A stretch of 32,000 nt of DNA. Source: Candidatus Annandia pinicola. GTDB taxonomy: Bacteria > Pseudomonadota > Gammaproteobacteria > Enterobacterales > Enterobacteriaceae_A. Positions 10,936-20,755 of the stretch are shown in pieces. A model generated the notes under the pieces. That model had not been told where the DNA came from. It saw only the letters and a list, made by a program, of their open reading frames with translations, and ran no database searches. The DNA lies in NCBI RefSeq assembly GCF_020541245.1, contig NZ_CP045876.1, positions 300,001 to 332,000 of the forward strand, read 5' to 3'. The translations under genes and the position numbers were made by a program. How positions within the stretch are numbered: the first letter of the stretch is position 1; each line of letters starts with the position of its first letter.

Positions 10936-13776
10936 TTATTTATTATTTTTTATTTGTAGAAATAAAAAAGGTATATCAATATTATTATCTTTAAAAGAAT
11001 TTAAAATTAACATATTTAATGAATGTTTTAATAATTTTCTATTTTTTAATTTAGAAGTATAAATTCTCATTTCAAAAATTTGAATACCTTGTTTAAAATC
11101 TACTAGAAAAGCTTCTGGATTAGGTTTATTTAATACATAATTACATTTTTTAGAAGAATCTATTAAAATTTTGATTATTTTATTACTATCAATTTTAATC
11201 GGTGCCGTAATATTTAAAACAATTCTTGTTATAGAATCCGATAGAGACCAATTAATAAATTGTTCAGTTATAAAAGATTTATTTGGTATAATAACTTCTC
11301 TTCTATTACAATCTATAATAGTTGTGGCTCTTGTATTAATACTTTTTATATTACCAGTAAAATTTTTAATTGTAACAGTATCATTAATTCTTATTGGTTT
11401 CTCAAATAATATTATTAAACCAGATATAAAATTTGCAAATATTTCTTGTAAACCAAAACCCAATCCTAAACCTAAAGCAGTAAATAACCATTTTAATTTA
11501 TTTAATTTTATTTTTAATAATGAAACAATAATAAATATTCCAAAAAAAAACAAAAATTTTTTAGTTAAATTTATAATAGCATATTTTGTATTTGGCATTA
11601 AATCTAAATATTTTAATATAAAAAGTTCTAATAATATAGGTATATTACTAACTAATTGAAATGTAATTAATAATGTTAATATTATTAATAATATTGATTT
11701 TAATTTAATAAATTTAAAATTTTTATAGTCAATAAATTTTATATTTTTAATTATATAAAATAATTTTATATTTTCAATAAAATTTAAAATAATATATATC
11801 TTAAACCAAATTAAATAAATCATAATTAAACTAATAATAATTAAAGTAAATTTAATTAATCTAATTATTTTAATTTTTGTATTCTTTATATTAATAATAT
11901 TACTTTTTTTATATAATTTATTATTATTATTTACATCTTTTTTATTTTCCATAATACTATGTATATCTTTAATTTTATTTGAATCTATAACATATTTAAT
12001 AGCATAAAAGTATTTTAATATTATCATTTTTTTTATTATAAAAAATATTATTAAATTTAAAAACCAAATCAATAATGATGATAAAAGTTTTATTAATAAA
12101 TCTTTTATAGCATATGTATATCCATATAATATTAATATTACAAATAATAAAGATAAAAAAAACAATAAATTCCATAAGATTTGATTAATGATAAAATTTA
12201 TTTTTATATTTTTATTTAAATAAAGAGGTATGTTAGTTTTTTTTAAATTAAATATAAATACACTTACATATAAACAAATAAAAATTAAAAAAAATCTATT
12301 AAAATCTTTAATAAAATTAAAATTTTTTAAAAAAAATATTAATATAAGTAAAATAAAAAACGGAACAATAAATCTTAAAAAAAATAAATAATGATATTTT
12401 TTTTTTTTAAAATTATAAATAATTTTTTTTATTTTTTTTATTATTTTTTTATTTTTATTTAATATATAAAAACATATTTGTTTTATTAAAAACATTATAG
12501 AAAATATTTTTAGCATTGTAATAACAATAATTTTATATTTATCTTTAATATATAAATTTTCAAAATAATAAATAAAATCCCATAATAAAATTAATGTTAT
12601 AGATAAAAAAAAAATAACAAAAATAATATTATATAATAATAAAAAATTATATTTAAATAATGAATAAATGTTATTCAAAAAAAAATAATTATTTTTTTTA
12701 GCAAATTTTAAAATAAAATTTATATAAAAAATCATTAATATTATAATTAATATTATATTAATTATAAAATTAATATTAAAAAAACATATGTATTTTAATA
12801 AAAATATTGTTATAATTAAAAAATTATAAATGTAAAGTAAATAATTATAATTAATATATGATTTATTTGATATCCAAAATAAATATCTATAGTTACAATC
12901 TTTTATTATAAGTAATAATATATTTAATTTTATATATTGTGATTTTAATTTTACTAAATTAATATTTAAATATTTATAATTTTTTAATAATAATTTAATA
13001 TTTTTTCTTTTTATTTTTATTTGATAATTTAAAATTTTATTTTTATTAAATTTATTATTTTTATTAAAATAATAAAAATTATTTTTATAATTTAACTTTA
13101 CTAATTTTATTTTATTTATAATTAAATTATTTTTATTAATTATATATTTTAAATATAATAATTTTAATATTTTATCTTTAATTTTTAATTTAGAAAAATT
13201 AAAACTATTTATAAATTTAAAACAATTAATTATATTATGAAATATTTTATATAATTTTTTTATAATTAAATTATTATTATAAATATATTTATTATTTTTT
13301 ATATTATAATAATATTGTTGCATTATTTTTTTTATAAGCTTGTTATTATTATAATATATTTTTTTTTTAAATGAACAATAATTACTATTGATTATTATAT
13401 TTTTATATTCAATTTTTTTATTATAATATTCAGTATATATTTCTCTTTTATAAATATTAATTTTTTTTTCTTTATTTTTTATATTTAAATTTATTTTAAA
13501 ATGATAATTTTTATTTTTTTTTTTTTTTATTAAATCTATTTTTTTTAATAATTTTTTATTAAGATAATAATATTTTTTTTTAATATTTTTAAATAAGTAT
13601 TTTTTATTTATATTATTTTTTGTATTATAAATATATATATTACATATATTTATAAATTTATTTTTAATAATTTTATCATGAATATTAAATTTAAATATAT
13701 TAATATTTAATAAAAAATTAAATATTAAATTAAATATAAGAAAATATATAATGAAATTTATTTTTTTTTCAATCAT
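10936..13776 (-). CDS. mscM: MscS-family mechanosensitive channel of the large MscK/MscM (KefA/YjeP) type
   Basis: The C-terminal third of this 946-aa ORF carries the diagnostic motif block ALGLGLGFGLQEIFANFISGLIILFEKPIRINDTVTI...G.I..I.TRATTIIDCNRREVIIPNKSFITEQFINWSLSD. Many predicted TM helices lie upstream, and the N-terminal half is low-complexity. I chose mscM (yjeP) over mscK from synteny only (between efp and tRNA-Gly GCC, with the same orientation as I recall for E. coli). That choice is uncertain. Confidence 0.72.
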   Translation of the reverse strand: MIEKKINFIIYFLIFNLIFNFLLNINIFKFNIHDKIIKNKFINICNIYIYNTKNNINKKYLFKNIKKKYYYLNKKLLKKIDLIKKKKNKNYHFKINLNIKNKEKKINIYKREIYTEYYNKKIEYKNIIINSNYCSFKKKIYYNNNKLIKKIMQQYYYNIKNNKYIYNNNLIIKKLYKIFHNIINCFKFINSFNFSKLKIKDKILKLLYLKYIINKNNLIINKIKLVKLNYKNNFYYFNKNNKFNKNKILNYQIKIKRKNIKLLLKNYKYLNINLVKLKSQYIKLNILLLIIKDCNYRYLFWISNKSYINYNYLLYIYNFLIITIFLLKYICFFNINFIINIILIIILMIFYINFILKFAKKNNYFFLNNIYSLFKYNFLLLYNIIFVIFFLSITLILLWDFIYYFENLYIKDKYKIIVITMLKIFSIMFLIKQICFYILNKNKKIIKKIKKIIYNFKKKKYHYLFFLRFIVPFFILLILIFFLKNFNFIKDFNRFFLIFICLYVSVFIFNLKKTNIPLYLNKNIKINFIINQILWNLLFFLSLLFVILILYGYTYAIKDLLIKLLSSLLIWFLNLIIFFIIKKMIILKYFYAIKYVIDSNKIKDIHSIMENKKDVNNNNKLYKKSNIINIKNTKIKIIRLIKFTLIIISLIMIYLIWFKIYIILNFIENIKLFYIIKNIKFIDYKNFKFIKLKSILLIILTLLITFQLVSNIPILLELFILKYLDLMPNTKYAIINLTKKFLFFFGIFIIVSLLKIKLNKLKWLFTALGLGLGFGLQEIFANFISGLIILFEKPIRINDTVTIKNFTGNIKSINTRATTIIDCNRREVIIPNKSFITEQFINWSLSDSITRIVLNITAPIKIDSNKIIKILIDSSKKCNYVLNKPNPEAFLVDFKQGIQIFEMRIYTSKLKNRKLLKHSLNMLILNSFKDNNIDIPFLFLQIKNNK

Positions 13777-13930
13777 TTTATATAATTTTTATTTTTTTTA
13801 AATTATTTTTTTAATAATAATTTGTTATTTTAAATTTTTAAATTTTTAATAAATAAAATTATTAAAAAAATATAATTATTATAAATAATAGTAAAATATT
13901 AAAGTGATATATTTAACAATAATAAAATAC

Positions 13931-13959
13931 TTGATATAAAATAATTATTGTAATATAAT
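13931..13959 (+). promoter_or_regulatory. Candidate sigma70-type promoter for tRNA-Gly (TTGATA-17 nt-TATAAT)
   Basis: TTGATA lies at 13931-13936, followed by a 17-nt spacer and a perfect TATAAT at 13954-13959, 14 nt before the mature tRNA 5' end. The chance-occurrence caveat for A/T-rich DNA applies. Confidence 0.3.
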
Positions 13960-13973
13960 ATAATAAAATATAT

Positions 13974-14046
13974 GCGGGAATAGCTCAATTGGTAGAGCAC
14001 AACCTTGCCAAGGTTGGGGTTGCGAGTTCGAGTCTCGTTTCCCGCT
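13974..14046 (+). tRNA. tRNA-Gly (anticodon GCC), 73 nt, with no genomically encoded CCA
   Basis: The cloverleaf has acceptor GCGGGAA/TTCCCGC, D-stem GCTC/GAGC, anticodon stem CAACC/GGTTG with loop TTGCCAA, and T-arm GCGAG-TTCGAGT-CTCGT. It is near-identical to E. coli glyV-type tRNA-Gly as recalled. A T-run follows instead of CCA. Confidence 0.94.
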
Positions 14047-14111
14047 TTTTTTTTATTTTTTTTATTAATATATTTTAAATTATTTAATATAAATTTAAAG
14101 GATAAAATATA

Positions 14112-15641
14112 TTGAATAATAAAGTTATAATTTTTGATACTACTTTGAGAGATGGAGAACAATCATTACAATCAAGTTTAAATGTAAATAATAAATTAGA
14201 AATCGCTTTTTCTTTAGAACGTATGGGTATTGATATTATTGAAGTTGGATTTCCTATATCTTCTCCAGGAGAATTTGAATCAGTAAAAACTATAGCAAAA
14301 AATATAAAAAAAAGTAGAATATGTGCTTTAGCTAGATGTTTAAAAAAAGATATTGATGCTGCTTATGAATCTTTAAAGTTTTCTAATTTTTATAGAATAC
14401 ATATTTTTATTGCTACTTCACCAATACATATAAAAACTAAATTAAAAAGTAAATTATCAGATATAATTTGTCTTGCTGTAAATATGGTTAAATATGCAAA
14501 AAAATATACTGATGATATAGAGTTTTCTTGTGAAGATGGTGGAAGAACACCAATTAATGATTTATGTTATATAATAGAATCAGTTATAAAAGCAGGAGCA
14601 AACACAATTAATATACCTGATACTGTTGGATATACATTACCAAATGAATACGGTAATATTATAAAAAAAATTATGAATAGTGTAATTAATATTGATAAAG
14701 CTATTATTTCAGTTCATACTCATAATGATTTAGGAATGGCAACAGGTAATGCTATTTCTGCAATACAATATGGGGCAAGACAAGTAGAAGGAACAATTAA
14801 TGGTTTGGGCGAAAGAGCAGGAAATTGTGCTTTAGAAGAAGTTATTATGGCAATACATACTAGAAAAAAAATATTAAATTTATTTACTAATATAAATCAT
14901 AAAGAAATATATAATACTAGTAAAATTATAAGTAAAATATGCAATATAAATATACCTATGAATAAATCTATAGTTGGTTCTAATGCTTTTTCACATTCTT
15001 CAGGTATTCATCAAGACGGGGTTTTAAAAAATAGAGAAAATTATGAAATTATGACTCCAAAATTTATTGGATTAAATAAATCAAAATTAAACTTAACATC
15101 AAGATCAGGAAGAGCAGCGGTTAAACATAGAATGAAAAAAATGGGTTATAAAAGTAATGAATATAATATAAATAAATTATATTCTTTATTTTTAAAATTT
15201 GCAGATAAAAATGGTCAAGTATTTGATTATAATTTAGAACATTTAGCTTTTTTAAAAAAAAAAAATGAAATATTAAATTATTTTTCTTTAAAATATTTTA
15301 ATATTACTTCAAATTTAAAAACTAAATCTACAGCATTTATTAAAATATGGTGTGGTAAAAATTTAAAATCTGATATATCAATTGGTTATGGACCAATTGA
15401 TGCTTTATATAAAGTTATAAAAAAAATAACATTATTAAATATTAAAATAATAAAATATAAATTAAAATTTCAAAATAATAATAAAAAAAAAATCAGTATT
15501 ACATTAATTTATAATAATCGTAAATTTTACGGTATAGGTATAGATTATGATATTTTAAAATCTTCAATTATATCTATAATTAATGCTTTAAATAACATTT
15601 GGTTGTCAAATAAAGTAAAAACTAAATTAAAAAAAATATAA
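14112..15641 (+). CDS. leuA: 2-isopropylmalate synthase
   Basis: The 509-aa ORF begins (M)[16 protein letters not shown], followed by [12 protein letters not shown] and a C-terminal LeuA dimerisation/regulatory region. The start must be TTG at 14112. An in-frame TAA lies at 14103, and the first in-frame ATG falls after the conserved DTTLRDGEQ motif. AGGA lies 9 nt upstream. Confidence 0.95.
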   Translation: MNNKVIIFDTTLRDGEQSLQSSLNVNNKLEIAFSLERMGIDIIEVGFPISSPGEFESVKTIAKNIKKSRICALARCLKKDIDAAYESLKFSNFYRIHIFIATSPIHIKTKLKSKLSDIICLAVNMVKYAKKYTDDIEFSCEDGGRTPINDLCYIIESVIKAGANTINIPDTVGYTLPNEYGNIIKKIMNSVINIDKAIISVHTHNDLGMATGNAISAIQYGARQVEGTINGLGERAGNCALEEVIMAIHTRKKILNLFTNINHKEIYNTSKIISKICNINIPMNKSIVGSNAFSHSSGIHQDGVLKNRENYEIMTPKFIGLNKSKLNLTSRSGRAAVKHRMKKMGYKSNEYNINKLYSLFLKFADKNGQVFDYNLEHLAFLKKKNEILNYFSLKYFNITSNLKTKSTAFIKIWCGKNLKSDISIGYGPIDALYKVIKKITLLNIKIIKYKLKFQNNNKKKISITLIYNNRKFYGIGIDYDILKSSIISIINALNNIWLSNKVKTKLKKI

Positions 15642-15658
15642 AAGGATATAAAAAAATA

Positions 15659-16789
15659 ATGTTTAGTAATTATAAAATAGCTGTTTTACCAGGTGATGGT
15701 ATTGGTCCAGAAGTTATGAAACAAGTATATAAAATTATATATTTAATAAATAAAATATTTAAATTAAATATAATTACTAAAGAATATAAAATTGGTGGAA
15801 TAGCTATTGATGATATAAATATACCGTTACCTTTAAATACTTTATTAGGTTGTTTAAAATCTAATGCAATTTTATTAGGATCAGTTGGAGGAAATAGATG
15901 GGATAATTTGCCATCAAAAAAAAAACCAGAAATAGGATCGTTATTATTTTTACGTAAATATTTTAAACTTTTTAATAATTTAAGACCATCAAAATTATAT
16001 TTAGGATTAGAATATTTGTGTCCTTTAAAAAAAGAAATTTATAATAAAGGTTTGGATATTTTATGTGTAAGAGAATTAATTAGTGGAATTTATTTTGGAA
16101 AACCTAAAGGATATAATGGTTATAATAAATTAAAATATGCTTTTGATACTGAAATATACTATAAATTTGAAATTGAGAAAATTGCTCATGTTGCTTTTAA
16201 AAAGGCTTTAGAAAGAAAACTTAAAGTTACTTCGGTTGATAAATCTAATGTTTTACAATCTTCTATATTATGGAGAAAAACTGTTTGCAATATATCTAAA
16301 CTATATCCTAAAGTAGAATTAAATCATATGTATATAGATAATATTACTATGCAATTAATTAAAAATCCATCACAATTTGATGTTATATTGTGTTCTAATT
16401 TATTTGGAGATATAATTTCAGATGAATGTGCTATGATTTCTGGTTCTATAGGTATGTTACCTTCTGCAAGTTTAAATGAAAATAAATTTGGAATATATGA
16501 ACCAGCTGGTGGTTCTGCTCCAGATATTTCAGGTAAAAATATAGCTAATCCTATAGCTCAAATATTATCTTTTTCAATGTTATTAAAATATAGTTTTAAT
16601 TTAGTAAAAGAATCTGATATAATAGATAATTCTATAAATAAAGTTTTAAAATATGGATATAAAACTAAAGATTTAACATTAAATAGTAAAGATTTTATTA
16701 GTACTAGTGAAATTGGGTCTTTAATTTCTTGTTTTATAATTAAGGAAAATAATATTAATGAGCAAAACACTATACGAAAAAATATATAA
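15659..16789 (+). CDS. leuB: 3-isopropylmalate dehydrogenase
   Basis: The 376-aa ORF carries [41 protein letters not shown] and [11 protein letters not shown] motifs. Its 3' end runs 32 nt into leuC. Confidence 0.95.
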   Translation: MFSNYKIAVLPGDGIGPEVMKQVYKIIYLINKIFKLNIITKEYKIGGIAIDDINIPLPLNTLLGCLKSNAILLGSVGGNRWDNLPSKKKPEIGSLLFLRKYFKLFNNLRPSKLYLGLEYLCPLKKEIYNKGLDILCVRELISGIYFGKPKGYNGYNKLKYAFDTEIYYKFEIEKIAHVAFKKALERKLKVTSVDKSNVLQSSILWRKTVCNISKLYPKVELNHMYIDNITMQLIKNPSQFDVILCSNLFGDIISDECAMISGSIGMLPSASLNENKFGIYEPAGGSAPDISGKNIANPIAQILSFSMLLKYSFNLVKESDIIDNSINKVLKYGYKTKDLTLNSKDFISTSEIGSLISCFIIKENNINEQNTIRKNI

Positions 16790-18161
16790 TAATCATATAG
16801 TATATAAAAATATTGATGAAGAAACTATATTATATATTGATAAACATTTAATACACGAAGTAACTTCTCCTCAAGCTTTTGATGGATTAAGAATAAATAA
16901 TCGTAAGGTACGTTGTCCATCTAAAACTTTTGCTACCATGGATCATAATGTTTCTACTAAAACCAAAGATATAGAAGCTTCTGGAAATTTAGCAAGTATT
17001 CAAATGAAAACATTAATTAAAAATTGTAAAGATTTTAAAATTAAATTATATGATTTAAATCATCCTTTACAAGGAATCGTGCATGTTGTAGGACCAGAAC
17101 AAGGAATTACTTTACCTGGTAATACTATAGTATGCGGTGACTCACATACTGCTACTCATGGCGCATTTGGTGCTTTATCTTTTGGAATAGGAACTTCAGA
17201 AGTAGAACATGTATTAGCCACTCAAACTTTAAAACAAAGTAAATTTAAAAATATGAAAATAGAAATATTTGGAGAATTAAAGCCTTATATTTCAGCTAAA
17301 GATATAGCTTTGTTTATTATTGGTAAAATTGGTCATTCTGGTGGAACAGGATATATAATAGAATTTTGTGGATCCGTAATTAAAAATTTAAGTATGGAAG
17401 GAAGAATGACTTTGTGCAATATGTCTATTGAAATGGGGGCAAAATCTGGATTAATAGCTCCTGATAATATAACTTTTAAATACTTAAAAAATAAAAAGTT
17501 TTCACCTAAAGGAAAATATTGGGAAAAAGCAGTAAATTATTGGAAAAAATTAAAATCAGATATAAATAGTAATTTTGATAAAATTTTTAAATTTAATATA
17601 ACAAATATTAAACCTCAAGTTACATGGGGTACTAATCCTGGTCATGTAATTGGTATTGATCAAAATATACCAAATCCTAAATTATATAATAATATTGAAG
17701 AACAAATATCAGCTCAAAATGCTTTATATTATATGAATTTAAATCATGGTGTTAATTTAAAAAAAATTAAAATAGATAAAATTTTTATAGGATCATGTAC
17801 TAATTCTAGAATAGAAGATTTAAGGTCTATTGCTTATATTGTTAATGGTAAAAAAATATCTAAAAATATAAAACAAGCTATTATTGTACCAGGATCTAAT
17901 CCAGTTAAAATTCAAGCTGAAAAAGAAAATTTACATAAAATATTTATAAATTCAGGTTTTGAATGGAGATTACCAGGATGTTCTATGTGTTTGGCTATGA
18001 ATGATGATAAACTTAATCCAGGAGACAGATGTGCTTCTACAAGTAATAGAAATTTTGAGGGAAGACAAGGTAGGGATAGTAGAACTCATTTATTAAGTCC
18101 ATTAATGGCAGCAGCATCAGCAATAAAAGGATATTTTTCTGATGTAAGAGATTTTTTTTAA
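16758..18161 (+). CDS. leuC: 3-isopropylmalate dehydratase large subunit
   Basis: The 467-aa ORF starts [13 protein letters not shown]......[17 protein letters not shown], which is near-identical in pattern to the E. coli LeuC start. It carries the aconitase-family Cys ligand motifs ([21 protein letters not shown]). AAGGA lies 11 nt upstream. Confidence 0.96.
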   Translation: MSKTLYEKIYNNHIVYKNIDEETILYIDKHLIHEVTSPQAFDGLRINNRKVRCPSKTFATMDHNVSTKTKDIEASGNLASIQMKTLIKNCKDFKIKLYDLNHPLQGIVHVVGPEQGITLPGNTIVCGDSHTATHGAFGALSFGIGTSEVEHVLATQTLKQSKFKNMKIEIFGELKPYISAKDIALFIIGKIGHSGGTGYIIEFCGSVIKNLSMEGRMTLCNMSIEMGAKSGLIAPDNITFKYLKNKKFSPKGKYWEKAVNYWKKLKSDINSNFDKIFKFNITNIKPQVTWGTNPGHVIGIDQNIPNPKLYNNIEEQISAQNALYYMNLNHGVNLKKIKIDKIFIGSCTNSRIEDLRSIAYIVNGKKISKNIKQAIIVPGSNPVKIQAEKENLHKIFINSGFEWRLPGCSMCLAMNDDKLNPGDRCASTSNRNFEGRQGRDSRTHLLSPLMAAASAIKGYFSDVRDFF

Positions 18162-18169
18162 AATTTAAA

Positions 18170-18790
18170 ATGGTTATATATATGAAAAAATTACTAAATC
18201 ATGTAGGTACAGTATTACCTTTAAATATACCTAATGTAGATACAGATGCTATTATTCCTAAACAATTTTTACAAAGAGTTCATAAAAAAGGTTTTGGTAA
18301 ATATTTATTTTATAATTGGCGTTTTCTAAATGATAATATTAATAAAATTAATTATAATTTTGTTTTAAATAAAAATGAATTTCAAAAATCTAGTATATTA
18401 TTAACTAGAAATAATTTTGGATGTGGTTCTTCTCGTGAGCATGCTGTATGGGCTTTATTAGATTTTGGTTTTAAAGTAATTATTTCTTCAAAATTTGCTG
18501 ATATATTTTATAATAATGCTTTAAATAATCATATAATCCCAATTAAATTGGAAGAAAAAATTATTGATAATCTATTCAATTTAGTTTATGATAACCCTAA
18601 AATAAAATTTAAAGTTAATTTAAAAAATTGTAAATTAATTATAAAAAAACCTAATTTAATTTACAATTTTAATATTAGTAAATCTAAACTTTATATTTTA
18701 ATTAATAAATTAGATAATATTAGTTTAACTATGAAATATGAAAAATATATAAAAAATTATGAAATTAAAAAATTTAAATATATGTTTTAA
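18170..18790 (+). CDS. leuD: 3-isopropylmalate dehydratase small subunit
   Basis: The ORF carries NVDTDAIIPKQFLQ and NFGCGSSREHAVWAL motifs. The longest ORF starts at 18170, but ATG at 18182 (MKKLLNHVG...) aligns better with the E. coli LeuD N-terminus and length. The true start may therefore be 18182. Confidence 0.93.
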   Translation: MVIYMKKLLNHVGTVLPLNIPNVDTDAIIPKQFLQRVHKKGFGKYLFYNWRFLNDNINKINYNFVLNKNEFQKSSILLTRNNFGCGSSREHAVWALLDFGFKVIISSKFADIFYNNALNNHIIPIKLEEKIIDNLFNLVYDNPKIKFKVNLKNCKLIIKKPNLIYNFNISKSKLYILINKLDNISLTMKYEKYIKNYEIKKFKYMF

Positions 18791-19545
18791 AATAATTTAA
18801 ATATTTGAATTAATAAATTTTTTAAAACAATGGTTTGTGGACTTAAATTTAAAAATATAATATTTATTATTATAAATAATAAAAATATTGGTATTAATAT
18901 TATAATATTTTTTTTTGATAAATTTTTAATAAACCAATTATTTTTACTATTACTAAATAATTTCCAAAATAAATATAGTTCACACCACAATAATAATATG
19001 AAAGAAAAAATTAATAATTTAAAATTTCCTTTATCTTTATCTGGTATATTTGAAACAGTTTTTGCTATTATACCAGGTATAAAATATAATAATGGCCATA
19101 AAATACATCCTAATAAATCTGGATAAAAGAATTTTTTTATTGGAACTCCTAATATTCCAGATAAAATAGGTATTAACGGTCTTATTGGACCTATAAACTT
19201 ACCTAAAAATATAGTTATTATACTATAATTATTTAAATAATATTCAATTTTTTCTATTATTGATACATTTAAAAATTTTAGTTTTTCAATAGATTTTTTT
19301 TTTAATTTTACACCAATAAAATACGATATCCAATCTCCTAATAAACAACCTATTATCCCTATAAACCAAGAAGAATATAATGATATTTTATGGTTTCCTA
19401 TAAATGTTCCTAAAGTAATCATTAATATAGTACCAGGTAAAAATAATCCAGTTAACGCTAATGATTCTAAAAAAGAAACAATAAAAACAGCAATTAATAT
19501 AAAATAATTTGATCTTAATTCTAAATTATTAATTAAATTTTCCAT
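18787..19545 (-). CDS. DedA-family inner-membrane protein (YabI-like by synteny)
   Basis: The 252-aa polytopic membrane ORF has the DedA/SNARE-associated signature region (FLESLALTGLFLPGTILMITLGTFIG...GDWISYFIG...GKFIGPIRPLIPILSGI). It neighbours leuD, as yabI does in the E. coli leu region as I recall. It overlaps the leuD stop by 4 nt (convergent). Confidence 0.78.
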   Translation of the reverse strand: MENLINNLELRSNYFILIAVFIVSFLESLALTGLFLPGTILMITLGTFIGNHKISLYSSWFIGIIGCLLGDWISYFIGVKLKKKSIEKLKFLNVSIIEKIEYYLNNYSIITIFLGKFIGPIRPLIPILSGILGVPIKKFFYPDLLGCILWPLLYFIPGIIAKTVSNIPDKDKGNFKLLIFSFILLLWCELYLFWKLFSNSKNNWFIKNLSKKNIIILIPIFLLFIIINIIFLNLSPQTIVLKNLLIQIFKLF

Positions 19546-19680
19546 ATTTAACTTATTTTTTTTTTATAAATTATATAATATTATAATTTATAAATTATAA
19601 TATTTTAGTTTAAGTTTAATTAATATTATTAAAATTTTATAATAATTTATATTTATTAAAATATAAAATAAAATATTGTT

Positions 19681-20508
19681 ATGTATATTATTAAAAAAAA
19701 ATATAAATTTTTAGCTAAAAAAAAATTTGGTCAACATTTTTTATTTAATAAAAAAATTATAAAAAAAATTATTAAATTTATAAATTTAAATTATTTTGAT
19801 TTAGTATTAGAAATTGGACCAGGATTAGGCTCATTAACTTTAAATATTATTAATAAAATTAATAATATATATGCTGTAGAAATTGATAAAGATATGATTA
19901 ATTTTTTGATTAAACATTCTATTATAGGTTCTAAAATAAAAATTTTTAGACAAAATGCTATTTATTTAAATTTAAAAAATTTTTTTTTAAAAAATAATCA
20001 AAATTTATTTAGAATTTTAGGTAGTTTACCTTATAATGTTTCTGTTAAAATAATATTAAATTTAATATTAAATTTTAATAATAATATTAAAGATATGTAT
20101 TTTATAATACAAAAAGAATTAGCAGAACGTATTACAGCTTCAATTAATACTAAAATATACGGAAGATTAAGTATAATAGTACAATATTATTGTAAAATTT
20201 ATAAATTAATAAAAATATTACCAAAATATTTTATACCAATACCTAAAGTTGATTCTTTTTTTATTAAATTAATACCATATAAAATTTTACCTTATAATAC
20301 AATAAATATTAATATAATAAAATATATTACTAATAAATCATTTAATAATAGAAGAAAAATTTTAAAAAATAATTTAAAATTAATATTTAATAATAAAGAA
20401 TTATTAAGTTTAAAAATAAACCCAAATTTAAGAGCAGAAAATATTTCTATAAAAAAATATTGCAAATTAAGTAATTTATTATTTTATAAAAATAAATATA
20501 AAATATAA
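19681..20508 (+). CDS. rsmA: 16S rRNA (adenine1518/1519-N6)-dimethyltransferase RsmA (KsgA)
   Basis: The 275-aa ORF carries KKKFGQHFL, the SAM-binding VLEIGPGLGSLT, and GSLPYNVS motifs. Confidence 0.9.
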   Translation: MYIIKKKYKFLAKKKFGQHFLFNKKIIKKIIKFINLNYFDLVLEIGPGLGSLTLNIINKINNIYAVEIDKDMINFLIKHSIIGSKIKIFRQNAIYLNLKNFFLKNNQNLFRILGSLPYNVSVKIILNLILNFNNNIKDMYFIIQKELAERITASINTKIYGRLSIIVQYYCKIYKLIKILPKYFIPIPKVDSFFIKLIPYKILPYNTININIIKYITNKSFNNRRKILKNNLKLIFNNKELLSLKINPNLRAENISIKKYCKLSNLLFYKNKYKI

Positions 20509-20755
20509 AAAAATAAAATATTAAATTATTTATAAAATTATTTTTTTTTATTTTTATTTTTTTTATTTTTATATAATAAATAAATATTATAATTTTATTT
20601 ATAATATTTATTTAATATAATTTATAATTAATATATAATATTAAAATTAATATATTAAAATATAATAATAATATTATATAAAAATTATAAATAAAATATA
20701 ATTTATAAAAAAATTTAAATATATTTATTATTTAATATAATTTATATATTTTTAT
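20472..20755. other. 284-nt tract containing no G or C
   Basis: Read directly from the sequence: the last G before the tract is at 20471 and the next G is at 20756. The tract covers the last 37 nt of rsmA, the whole 233-nt rsmA/carB convergent spacer and the last 14 nt of carB. Confidence 0.95.

Noticed and set aside
11171-11659. 162-aa plus-strand ORF antisense to the conserved C-terminal part of the channel gene
   Set aside because: It lies exactly opposite the most conserved, least stop-prone part of the MscS core. Its hydrophobic low-complexity translation has no recognisable family. Long shadow ORFs opposite constrained coding regions are expected. Only expression data could rescue it.
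10936-13776. Possibility that the low-complexity N-terminal two-thirds of the 946-aa ORF is non-coding and only the MscS core is a gene
   Set aside because: The frame stays open for 2.8 kb in extremely stop-prone composition. The overall length and architecture (long N-terminal region, many TM helices, MscS core) match the MscK/MscM class.
13899-14162. 87-aa minus-strand ORF
   Set aside because: It spans the tRNA-Gly gene and the leuA start, and is an artefact of the G/C-richer tRNA sequence interrupting stop codons.
16558-16770. 70-aa minus-strand ORF inside leuB
   Set aside because: It is an antisense shadow ORF with no motif or RBS.
18830-19126. 98-aa plus-strand ORF inside the DedA-family gene
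   Set aside because: It is an antisense shadow ORF, and the DedA reading on the minus strand has clear family motifs.
20608-20746. 19-nt perfect direct repeat within the G/C-free spacer, considered as possible mobile-element ends or iterons
   Set aside because: My rough estimate of the expected number of chance 19-mer matches in about 230 nt of two-letter sequence is around 0.05, so the repeat is only borderline. There are only two copies and nothing is encoded between them. It is mentioned under the G/C-free tract finding instead.
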